Assembly: GCA_964594955.1 (NCBI GenBank) | Contig: CAZQNK010000002.1 | Span: 13,037 to 77,036 of the forward strand | Source: an uncultured Clostridia bacterium | Lineage (GTDB): Bacteria > Bacillota > Clostridia > Christensenellales > Borkfalkiaceae | Direction: 5' to 3' | Length of the DNA: 64,000 bases | In this document: positions 8,081-14,982 of the stretch, in pieces | How positions within the stretch are numbered: the stretch's first letter is position 1 | How the letters are laid out: the number at the start of each line of letters is the position of its first letter | Position numbers and translations under genes: made by a program | Notes under the pieces: generated by a model | Seen by the model: the letters and a program-made list of their open reading frames with translations, nothing else | Told to the model about the DNA's origin: nothing | The model's database searches: none

Positions 8081-8905
8081 TCATTCGTCCAACAGGGATC
8101 TTACGTCCTGAAAGAAACTTTCCGAAACTTTATCCGGATATCTGAACCGCTCAACGCCATTTCTATCGAGAACGACCGTCATCGGATATGTGTTTTTACC
8201 GCCGAACGCGTAATACATGGAACCGTCGCCGCTGTTATCCCAGGTAAAGCTTACGTTATCGTAATACTGAAATTCCCACTTCATTCTTTTAGTAACATAA
8301 TTTTCAAGATCGTTATTATCATAACTCGTATCCACCGTACTTGAATGGATTACCACCAAGGAAATATCTTCGGGATATTCCGCGGCAAACGCGCCGAATT
8401 CGGGCAATTCTTCCTGACAGGGCTGACAGCCCATATACCAGAAGTTGAGTATCACTATCTTGCCCGCGTCCAGATCGTCCTGCAAGGTATAAGTTGCGTC
8501 CTCTTCTCCGAAATACTTCTTCATTGTAAAGCTTTCAACAGTATCGCCTATCTCGTAACTTGTGGACGCAACCGTTTCTTTATGGAAAACGTTATAGTAA
8601 ACCAAGACCGAAAGAAGAAATACCAACGCAACCGCCCAGGCAACCGCTTCCAAAATGAAATTGCGCTTTTTAACGTATTCCGCCGTGCCGCGGTAAGCCT
8701 TCCTCTCTGCGCGTTCCTGCGCTTTTATAAGCGCTTTTTCATCCGTCACGACTTCTTTTTTGACTTCGCCTTTTTTCCTGTTGTGTTCCTGAACGATAAA
8801 CACCGCGTCGATTGCACCCGTCACGACTGCGAGAACGGTAAAAACGATAAAACATGTTATAAGGGTACTCTTAGGAATACCTATTGCAAGCAAAATTTCA
8901 ATCAT
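8081..8905 (-). CDS. membrane-anchored TlpA/ResA-like thiol-disulfide oxidoreductase (CQPC) with the shared N-terminal module (copy B)
   Basis: 274 aa. MIEILLAIGIPKSTLITCFIVFTVLAVVTGAIDAVFIVQEHNRKKG, a charged loop, and a second TM helix (ILEAVAWAVALVFLLSVLVYY). The thioredoxin fold shows KIVILNFWYMGCQPCQEELPEF (CQPC at nt 8417-8428) and TYPMTVVLDRNG. The start overlaps the upstream stop by 8 nt (ATGATTGA). Confidence 0.85.
   Translation of the reverse strand: MIEILLAIGIPKSTLITCFIVFTVLAVVTGAIDAVFIVQEHNRKKGEVKKEVVTDEKALIKAQERAERKAYRGTAEYVKKRNFILEAVAWAVALVFLLSVLVYYNVFHKETVASTSYEIGDTVESFTMKKYFGEEDATYTLQDDLDAGKIVILNFWYMGCQPCQEELPEFGAFAAEYPEDISLVVIHSSTVDTSYDNNDLENYVTKRMKWEFQYYDNVSFTWDNSGDGSMYYAFGGKNTYPMTVVLDRNGVERFRYPDKVSESFFQDVRSLLDE
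8756..8905 (-). repeat. shared 5' cassette, copy B
   Basis: 10 mismatches in 151 nt against 14833-14982 by hand alignment (about 93%). Similarity ends right after the Lys-rich codons. Confidence 0.9.
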
Positions 8906-10049
8906 CTTTCGCTCCCTCCGCGCTTACGGACGAGTTGAATTCGCTCCCGCCGACCTCTGCACCGTCTAATCGGGCATCGCGCGTCGGTTCTTCCGAAAGG
9001 CATTGAGCAGACAGTACCTCTCCCGCCGCGCCCGTCTGCGCGCCTGCACAGGTTCCGCCCTGAGCGTTAAGGCTGAGTGTTCCGCCCTTTTCAGTACTGC
9101 TTGAAACAAGCGAGCTGAGCGCAACCTTTTCGCCTGCGGCGCTGTCTCCCCCTTCCTCTATGGCGTTCGCATGCAGGAAAATTTTACTTCCCTTCCAACT
9201 TATCGCCTTAGTGGGGCAAACTTTAAGGCAGTCGCCGCAATGTATGCACTCATGGTCGCCAACGTGGCGTATGTCCATTTTACAGGTCTGTATACACAGT
9301 CCGCAGTCAACGCATTTTTGCTTGTCCAACTTTATGCCCAGCATCGCAACGCGGCAGAAAAAGCCGTATATCGCGCCGAGCGGGCACAGGAACCTGCAAA
9401 AAATTCTGTAAATGAATATGCTGCCCACTATTATCAGCACCAATACGCAGAACTTCCAGGTGAAAAGCGGGCCGAGCATGGTATAAAAATCGTCGTTGTT
9501 GCCGTTCGCAAGCAGGGAAACCGAGCCGAGCAGCGTTCCCGAAGGACATATGTATTTGCAGAATGCGGGTATTGCGCTGCTTATGCCCGAATATGCCAGC
9601 GGAATTATTATTACAAGCACGGCAAGCAATACGTATTTGAAATACGAAAGAACCCGCGTGATCCTGTTCTTTTTGACCTTAGGGGTCTTTATTTTATACA
9701 ACAATTCCTGTATAAGCCCGATGGGGCACAAAAAGCCGCAAATCGTTCTGCCCAAAAGCAAGCCGAAAAGTATTATTATGCCGAAAACATAGAAGGGCGC
9801 CTTCGTGTTGGACGCCGCCAAAGCGTTCTGCAACGCGCCCAAAGGGCAAGCGCCTATCGCGCCGGGGCAGGAATAGCAATTAAGACCGGGAACGCACAAA
9901 TACTTTGTGTTGCCCGTATAAATCGAACCGGATACAAAGCCCTTTATGTTTGCGTTATATAAAAGCGCCGCATAAAGCTGGATAAGCCTCCTTTTGGAAG
10001 GTCTGTGGGCAACGAACCAATCTTTTATTCTAACGAAAAATTTTTTCAT
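8898..10049 (-). CDS. polyferredoxin-type 4Fe-4S membrane protein (COG0348 / NapH-YccM-like)
   Basis: 383 aa. Repeated membrane-flanking Cys motifs: CYSCPGAIGACPLG, CGFLCPIG, CKYICPSG, CRFLCPLG. Two ferredoxin motifs: CVDCGLCIQTC and CIHCGDCLKVCP. Ends with an A/G/S-rich tail of about 95 aa. Confidence 0.85.
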   Translation of the reverse strand: MKKFFVRIKDWFVAHRPSKRRLIQLYAALLYNANIKGFVSGSIYTGNTKYLCVPGLNCYSCPGAIGACPLGALQNALAASNTKAPFYVFGIIILFGLLLGRTICGFLCPIGLIQELLYKIKTPKVKKNRITRVLSYFKYVLLAVLVIIIPLAYSGISSAIPAFCKYICPSGTLLGSVSLLANGNNDDFYTMLGPLFTWKFCVLVLIIVGSIFIYRIFCRFLCPLGAIYGFFCRVAMLGIKLDKQKCVDCGLCIQTCKMDIRHVGDHECIHCGDCLKVCPTKAISWKGSKIFLHANAIEEGGDSAAGEKVALSSLVSSSTEKGGTLSLNAQGGTCAGAQTGAAGEVLSAQCLSEEPTRDARLDGAEVGGSEFNSSVSAEGAKDD

Positions 10050-10050
10050 A

Positions 10051-10869
10051 TCACCCCAGCCCTATACACTCCGTGCAAATATTCACGGCTTTTAACAGAA
10101 CGTCGCCCGCTCCGCCGTTCGATATTCCGAGTATAACGAACAAAACCCCGACGGCGAGCAAAACGCCGCGCATCGTCCATATGTATTTATCGCTTTCCAA
10201 TGCGACGACCGCCGAATAATACGCGCGCTGTAACCTGCCTAAACTTTTATCGTCCTTTTTGCCCAGCGCGACAAGTTTTTTGATATGGGGAAGCTCCTTC
10301 TTCGCGCCCCAACCTTCATATATAACCGCGCCTATGCACAGCGCAAACGCACAGATAACGTAGGGACAAATCTTTATGACCGCCGTTTTGATGTCCTCTG
10401 TAGGGTCGGGACCTCTGAAATGGCTGAAATCCAGCATATATACAAGCCCTGCGACGGCGAATATCGCGCAACCGACGGCGGCTACGCCCCAGACTATCTT
10501 TAAAATACGCTCGTACTTTGCGACCTGCGCCGCCTCTTCCTGCAACCCGCCTTCCGCCTTGACGGGCAGCTTTTTGCGCAATCTGTACAGGGAATACCTT
10601 ACGTCCTGCCCGAACTTTTTCTTGCCCTGTGGAGGAAAAACTTCCCATATAACCACGCCTATTATTATCATGGCTACCCAAATCCAGAAAGGCGCGGCGA
10701 TATATCCGAGGCGGTTATATACTATTTCACGGGTAAAGGGTTTGCCCCCGCCGCTACCGAAATAAATATCGCAGACTTCATAAATAAAAAGCGCCGCGAC
10801 TGTCGCAGTCATAAGGCTGAATATTATCGAATAGACAAGGCGGACCGCACGCGCTTCTTTTTCAGCCAT
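10051..10869 (-). CDS. 5-TM membrane protein with a C-terminal CXXC tail (CD1871A-like motif)
   Basis: 272 aa and hydrophobic throughout. It ends ...GISNGGAGDVLLKAVNICTECIGLG, which resembles the tail of small CXXC proteins annotated next to COG0348 proteins (from memory). The stop is 1 nt before the next ATG. Confidence 0.7.
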   Translation of the reverse strand: MAEKEARAVRLVYSIIFSLMTATVAALFIYEVCDIYFGSGGGKPFTREIVYNRLGYIAAPFWIWVAMIIIGVVIWEVFPPQGKKKFGQDVRYSLYRLRKKLPVKAEGGLQEEAAQVAKYERILKIVWGVAAVGCAIFAVAGLVYMLDFSHFRGPDPTEDIKTAVIKICPYVICAFALCIGAVIYEGWGAKKELPHIKKLVALGKKDDKSLGRLQRAYYSAVVALESDKYIWTMRGVLLAVGVLFVILGISNGGAGDVLLKAVNICTECIGLG

Positions 10870-11015
10870 TTTTAACCTCCGTTGAAATTTCTAATTAACC
10901 GATAGATAATATATAATAAAATAATTATACCAACAGGCGCGGAATTAGTCAACAAATTTAATGTAATCCGTGTTCACAGCCGATAAAGATATGCGCGTAA
11001 ATATCTGATTATCGC

Positions 11016-11044
11016 TTGACCTTTTGCATAAAAATGTATATTAT
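11016..11044 (+). promoter_or_regulatory. sigma-A-type promoter candidate for the cysteine desulfidase-family gene
   Basis: TTGACC (11016-11021), 17-nt spacer, TATTAT (11039-11044), about 30 nt before ATG 11077. Confidence 0.4.
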
Positions 11045-11076
11045 TAATGTACATAACATTTAAGGCAAGGGAAAAT

Positions 11077-12342
11077 ATGGAAAAGAACGTTTACGACAAA
11101 TATACGGGCATACTTAAAGCCGAGCTTTTGCCCGCTATGGGTTGCACGGAGCCGATAGCCGTCGCATATGCGGCGGCGCTTGCAAGGGCGACTCTCGGCT
11201 GTGTTCCCCAAAAAGTAGACGTGTGCGTCAGCGGCAACATTTTGAAGAACGTTAAAAGCGTAATCGTGCCCAACACGGGCGGCATGCGCGGAATTATTTC
11301 CGCTGCGGCGGCGGGAATAGTTGCGGGTGACGAAACCAAACGCCTGCAAGTTCTTTCAGAGGTGACGGCGGAGCAATACGGGAAAATTTCGGACTATATA
11401 GAAAGAACTCCGTTCAGCGTAACAAAATCGCACTCCGGCTGTGTGTTCGATATAGGAATAACCGTTTTTGCGGAAGGGCACAGCGCGTATGTGCGCATAG
11501 CCGAACGCCACACAAACGTTGTGTGCATTGAAAAGGACGGGCAGACGGTGGTTCACAACGACGAAACCCCGCAGGATGAAAAAAGCAAAGCCGTATTATC
11601 CGTTGAGGAGATAATAGAATTTGCCGACAGCGTAGAAATTGCCGATATCGAGGAGGTTTTATCGAGGCAGATAGCTTATAATTCCGCCATATCTGCCGAG
11701 GGATTGAAGAACGACTACGGCGCGAGAGTGGGCAAAATTCTGCTTGCAAGCTTCGGCAACGGAGTTAATAACCGCGCCAAGGCGGCGGCAGCTGCGGGAA
11801 GCGACGCGCGCATGAACGGCTGTTCGTTGCCCGTTGTAATAGTTTCGGGAAGCGGAAATCAGGGAATTACCGCCTCTTTACCCGTGATTGTATACGCCGA
11901 ACATTTAGGCGTGCCGAGGGAGACGCTTTTAAGAGCGTTGGCGGTTTCCGACCTTGTGACGGTTCATTTAAAATCGGGCATAGGCAGTCTTTCCGCATAC
12001 TGCGGGGCAGTAAGCGCGGGGTGCGGTGCCGCGGCGGGCATATGCTATTTGCACGGCGGCAGATATGAAGAAATTTCACGTACGCTTAAAAACGCATTGG
12101 CGATAGATTCGGGCGTAATTTGCGACGGAGCGAAATCGAGCTGTGCGGCCAAGATAGCTTCTGCGGTGGAAGCGGGGCTTTTGGGGTTTGAGATGTGCCG
12201 CAACGGCAGTGAATTTTGCGGCGGCGACGGAATACTTGAAAGAGGCGTTGAAAACACCATACATAACGTAGGGGATCTTGCAAGGATAGGCATGCGTGAA
12301 ACCGACGAAGAGATTATAAAAATAATGATTAAAAATATTTAA
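11077..12342 (+). CDS. L-cysteine desulfidase family protein (UPF0597 / YhaM-like, serine dehydratase alpha-like fold)
   Basis: N-terminus MEKNVYDKYTGILKAELLPAMGCTEPIAVAYAAALA...VSGNILKNVKSVIVPNTGG is typical of UPF0597. Length is about 421 aa. I moved the start from 11047 to 11077. Confidence 0.8.
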   Translation: MEKNVYDKYTGILKAELLPAMGCTEPIAVAYAAALARATLGCVPQKVDVCVSGNILKNVKSVIVPNTGGMRGIISAAAAGIVAGDETKRLQVLSEVTAEQYGKISDYIERTPFSVTKSHSGCVFDIGITVFAEGHSAYVRIAERHTNVVCIEKDGQTVVHNDETPQDEKSKAVLSVEEIIEFADSVEIADIEEVLSRQIAYNSAISAEGLKNDYGARVGKILLASFGNGVNNRAKAAAAAGSDARMNGCSLPVVIVSGSGNQGITASLPVIVYAEHLGVPRETLLRALAVSDLVTVHLKSGIGSLSAYCGAVSAGCGAAAGICYLHGGRYEEISRTLKNALAIDSGVICDGAKSSCAAKIASAVEAGLLGFEMCRNGSEFCGGDGILERGVENTIHNVGDLARIGMRETDEEIIKIMIKNI

Positions 12343-12393
12343 AAAAAATACTTGAAATGTGAATATGGCGTTTTAAAGTGTTTGATAAAAGAA

Positions 12394-12432
12394 GCAGCGG
12401 CACAGGGCAAAATTTTTGCCCTGTGCCGCTGC
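12394..12432 (+). terminator. 19-bp perfect palindrome downstream of the desulfidase-family gene
   Basis: gcagcggcacagggcaaaa-t-ttttgccctgtgccgctgc, 52 nt after the stop. Confidence 0.5.
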
Positions 12433-12447
12433 GTTACTTGCTCACAT

Positions 12448-12516
12448 TGTCATTCCGAGCGCAGTCGAGGGATCTCCACTCCCCACTGTCATTCCGAGCG
12501 TAGTCGAGGAATCTCC
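12448..12516. repeat. two tandem REP/MITE-like forward units
   Basis: tgtcattccgagcgcagtcgagggatctcc (12448-12477) and tgtcattccgagcgtagtcgaggaatctcc (12487-12516). Confidence 0.8.
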
Positions 12517-12545
12517 ATAAACAATACAATACGTTTTTAACAAGT

Positions 12546-12592
12546 GAGATCTCTCCACGCCGTTCACTGCGTTCTCTTTGGTCGAGATGACA
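12546..12592. repeat. REP/MITE-like reverse unit
   Basis: gagatctctccacgccgttcactgcgttctctttggtcgagatgaca. One mismatch against 7104-7150. Inverted relative to the units at 12448-12516. Confidence 0.85.
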
Positions 12593-12647
12593 TGATTGTG
12601 CTTGATTTACAGATTAATACATGCGCTATACTCAGTAGAAAGACACC

Positions 12648-12678
12648 AAAGCGCCGCGGGCAATGCCCGCGGCGCTTT
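12648..12678. terminator. 15-bp perfect palindrome between convergent genes
   Basis: aaagcgccgcgggca-a-tgcccgcggcgcttt. A/T runs on both sides, so it could terminate in either direction. Confidence 0.5.
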
Positions 12679-12741
12679 GATGTAAAAGGGTTTCACGCTT
12701 TCACAAAAATGATTAACAATTGTGTGTTCAGATAATTAAGT

Positions 12742-13245
12742 TTAGCTTTCGCTACTGCCCTCTGTGGCATCTTGTTTTTCATAAATCGTTACTTTGCTAT
12801 ATGCGCCGTCTTTTCCAAATTCGCTGTCGCTTTCAAACGGCCACTTTTTATATGTAGTATTGCTGTAGGTGACTGTACTGTTATCAGTACTGGTTGCAGT
12901 ATCGGTAGTATCGCTACTCTCTTCGGCATAAGCTACGGTTACAGCGGAAGTGTTAGCGGTATCGTTCACTGTTATAGTCTTACTTTTAAGCGAGCCGTTT
13001 TCTACTAAGAAATAATATGTATCATCATCCTCTACCTTTATAATAAGATCGGGGTTAGCTTTTTCGCCCGTTTCAACTATATATTCGGTATAGGCGTTCT
13101 TTGCCGCCGACAAAGCCGCACTTTCCTTTGCGTTATTGACAACGTTTGTAAACGTGGGAATGAGCACTGCCGCAAGAATTGCAATCACCGCAATTACGAT
13201 TACCAACTCTACTATAGTAAAGCCCTTTTTTGCCTTCTTTAACAT
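12742..13245 (-). CDS. type IV pilin / pseudopilin-like protein (prepilin-type N-terminal cleavage/methylation domain)
   Basis: 167 aa. MLKKAKKG|FTIVELVIVIAVIAILAAVLIP is a class III signal peptide with Glu+5. The C-terminal half is Thr/Ser-rich. Confidence 0.85.
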   Translation of the reverse strand: MLKKAKKGFTIVELVIVIAVIAILAAVLIPTFTNVVNNAKESAALSAAKNAYTEYIVETGEKANPDLIIKVEDDDTYYFLVENGSLKSKTITVNDTANTSAVTVAYAEESSDTTDTATSTDNSTVTYSNTTYKKWPFESDSEFGKDGAYSKVTIYEKQDATEGSSES

Positions 13246-13283
13246 CTTTTTTACTTCTTTTTTGTTTTTGCCGTTAAAAACCC

Positions 13284-13309
13284 TTTTGTTCGCGCATGCG
13301 CGAACAAAA
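13284..13309 (-). terminator. intrinsic-terminator-like hairpin in the pilin leader / opp 3' region
   Basis: Minus strand reads TTTTGTTCGCG-CATG-CGCGAACAAAA followed by GGGTTTTT. A second palindrome, AGAGCCTAGGCTCT, abuts it at 13309-13322. Confidence 0.5.
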
Positions 13310-13332
13310 GAGCCTAGGCTCTTAGCAGTTAA

Positions 13333-13362
13333 ATAATATCACACTTTTTTATATATTGTCAA
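13333..13362 (-). promoter_or_regulatory. sigma-A-type promoter candidate upstream of the pilin gene
   Basis: Minus strand: TTGACA (13362-13357), 18-nt spacer, TATTAT (13338-13333). Confidence 0.4.
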
Positions 13363-13409
13363 TAATTTAATGTAAATTTTTTATATTTAATTTACTCGGT
13401 TGAAATTAT

Positions 13410-13437
13410 GCCGCGGGCGGCAACTGCCGCCTGCGGC
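13410..13437 (-). terminator. GC-rich hairpin after the opp operon
   Basis: gccgcgggcggca-ac-tgccgcctgcggc (one mismatch), 27 nt past the stop at 13464. Same hairpin family as 35609-35638. Confidence 0.45.
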
Positions 13438-13463
13438 GCAATAATTTTATATAAATCTGCTTT

Positions 13464-13703
13464 TTATGCCTTCAACCACAGGTACGCCAAAATGTACATC
13501 AATAACCCTACTATGATAATTATGCCTATCACGGGGGCAAACGCCTCAAAAGCGCCGCGTATCATTTTGCGCTGTTCGCTTTTGCTTATCTTGGGTTTTT
13601 CTTTGCCGCCCTTTTTTTGCGGGTCATAGCCCCGCATACCCTCGACGTTCATATCGGCGAACGTCGTTTCGGTATCCAAATCGTCCTTACGCTTTTTGCG
13701 CAT
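13464..13703 (-). CDS. small tail-anchored membrane protein, unknown function
   Basis: 79 aa. Charged N-terminal part, then the single helix FAPVIGIIIIVGLLMYILAYLWL. Overlaps the upstream ABC ATPase gene by 17 nt. I recognise no homology. Confidence 0.5.
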   Translation of the reverse strand: MRKKRKDDLDTETTFADMNVEGMRGYDPQKKGGKEKPKISKSEQRKMIRGAFEAFAPVIGIIIIVGLLMYILAYLWLKA

Positions 13704-14982
13704 CGGATCTACCCGCCTTTTTGCCTTTCGCCGCCTCAGCTGCCGCTAATGCCGCAAGTTCGTCCTGCTCCTTGGCGAGGCGCAAATACTCCGCCGTCTC
13801 TTCCGCAGTGTTATAAAGGTGGCAGGCGCAGAAATGCCCTTCCTCTATCTCTTTATACGCGGGATTAAAACGCGAGCATACATCCATACAGCTTTCGCAC
13901 CTTGTGTGGAATTTACAGCCTTTGGGGGGATTTACGGGCGAAGGGATATCGCCCTTTAAAATAATCCTGTTCATTTTAACGTGCGGATTGGGCACGGGAA
14001 CAGCGGAAAAGAGCGCCTTGGTGTACGGGTGAAGAGTGTTTTCAAAAATTCTTTCTTTAGAACCGTATTCGACCATACTGCCCAAATACATGACGCACAC
14101 TTCGTCCGATATATGTTTTACAACGGATAAGTCGTGCGAAATGAACACATACGTCAACCCCAATTCACTTTGAAGTTCTTTCAGCATATTTATTATCTGT
14201 GCCTGTATTGAAACGTCCAAAGCGGAAACGGGTTCGTCGCAGATGACAAGTTCGGGTTTCAGCGCCAACGCGCGCGCAATACATATACGCTGTCTTTGTC
14301 CGCCCGAAAATTCGTGGGGATAGCGCCCGAAATAGTGGGACTGCAATCCGCACATTTTCATTATGCCGAGAACGTATTCCTGATAATTTTCTTTTGTACA
14401 GATTTTATGGTGAAGAGCGGCTTCGCCGATTATCGCGCCCACGGTAAGTCGGGGGGAAAGGCTTGCATAAGGATCCTGAAAGATCATCTGCATGTTGGGG
14501 CGGAGTTTATTAAAATCCCTCTCTTTAAGAGCGGAAACTTTTTGTCCCTTGAACCAAATGTCGCCGCCCGTTACGTCGTACAAACGGAGAATGGTTCTGC
14601 CCATGGTCGTTTTGCCGCAGCCGCTTTCGCCGACTATGCCCAAAGTTTTTCCCTTATTTATTTTAAACGAAACGCCGTCCACCGCCCTTAAATACGAAGT
14701 CGGCTTGCCCAAAATATTTTTGCCTGTGACGAAATATTTTTTAAGATCTACAACTTCAAGCAGGGGGTCGGTTTCGGGATTGTAGGGGCGCTCCTCATAG
14801 CCGATTTTTTCATGAGGCACCGCAACCGTCGCTTTTTTGACTTTGCCTTTCTTTCTGTTGTGTTCCTGAACGATAAACACCGCGTCTATTGCGCCCGTCA
14901 CGACTGCGAGAACGGTAAAAACGATAAAACACGTTATAAGGGTACTCTTGGGAATACCTACTGCAAGCAACAATTCAATCAT
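13687..14982 (-). CDS. oligopeptide/dipeptide-type ABC transporter ATP-binding protein (OppF-like) fused to the shared N-terminal TM module (copy C)
   Basis: 431 aa. MIELLLAVGIPKSTLITCFIVFTVLAVVTGAIDAVFIVQEHNRKKGKVKK plus a linker, then GESGCGKTT Walker A, the FSGGQRQRICIARAL signature and LVICDEPVSALD Walker B. The Opp C-terminal domain shows HPYTKALFSAVP and a CxxHxRC motif. Confidence 0.9.
   Translation of the reverse strand: MIELLLAVGIPKSTLITCFIVFTVLAVVTGAIDAVFIVQEHNRKKGKVKKATVAVPHEKIGYEERPYNPETDPLLEVVDLKKYFVTGKNILGKPTSYLRAVDGVSFKINKGKTLGIVGESGCGKTTMGRTILRLYDVTGGDIWFKGQKVSALKERDFNKLRPNMQMIFQDPYASLSPRLTVGAIIGEAALHHKICTKENYQEYVLGIMKMCGLQSHYFGRYPHEFSGGQRQRICIARALALKPELVICDEPVSALDVSIQAQIINMLKELQSELGLTYVFISHDLSVVKHISDEVCVMYLGSMVEYGSKERIFENTLHPYTKALFSAVPVPNPHVKMNRIILKGDIPSPVNPPKGCKFHTRCESCMDVCSRFNPAYKEIEEGHFCACHLYNTAEETAEYLRLAKEQDELAALAAAEAAKGKKAGRSDAQKA
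14833..14982 (-). repeat. shared 5' cassette, copy C
   Basis: About 93% nucleotide identity to 8756-8905. Same ATGATTGA junction, with the upstream gene's stop codon embedded. Confidence 0.9.

Noticed and set aside
12352-12735. ORFs 12352-12540 and 12544-12735 (and 7820-8035, 7099-7449), with peptides such as HCHSERSRGISTPHCHSERSRGIS
   Set aside because: They are literal translations of the REP/MITE-like units and terminator palindromes. The repetitive peptide reflects the DNA repeat, not a protein.
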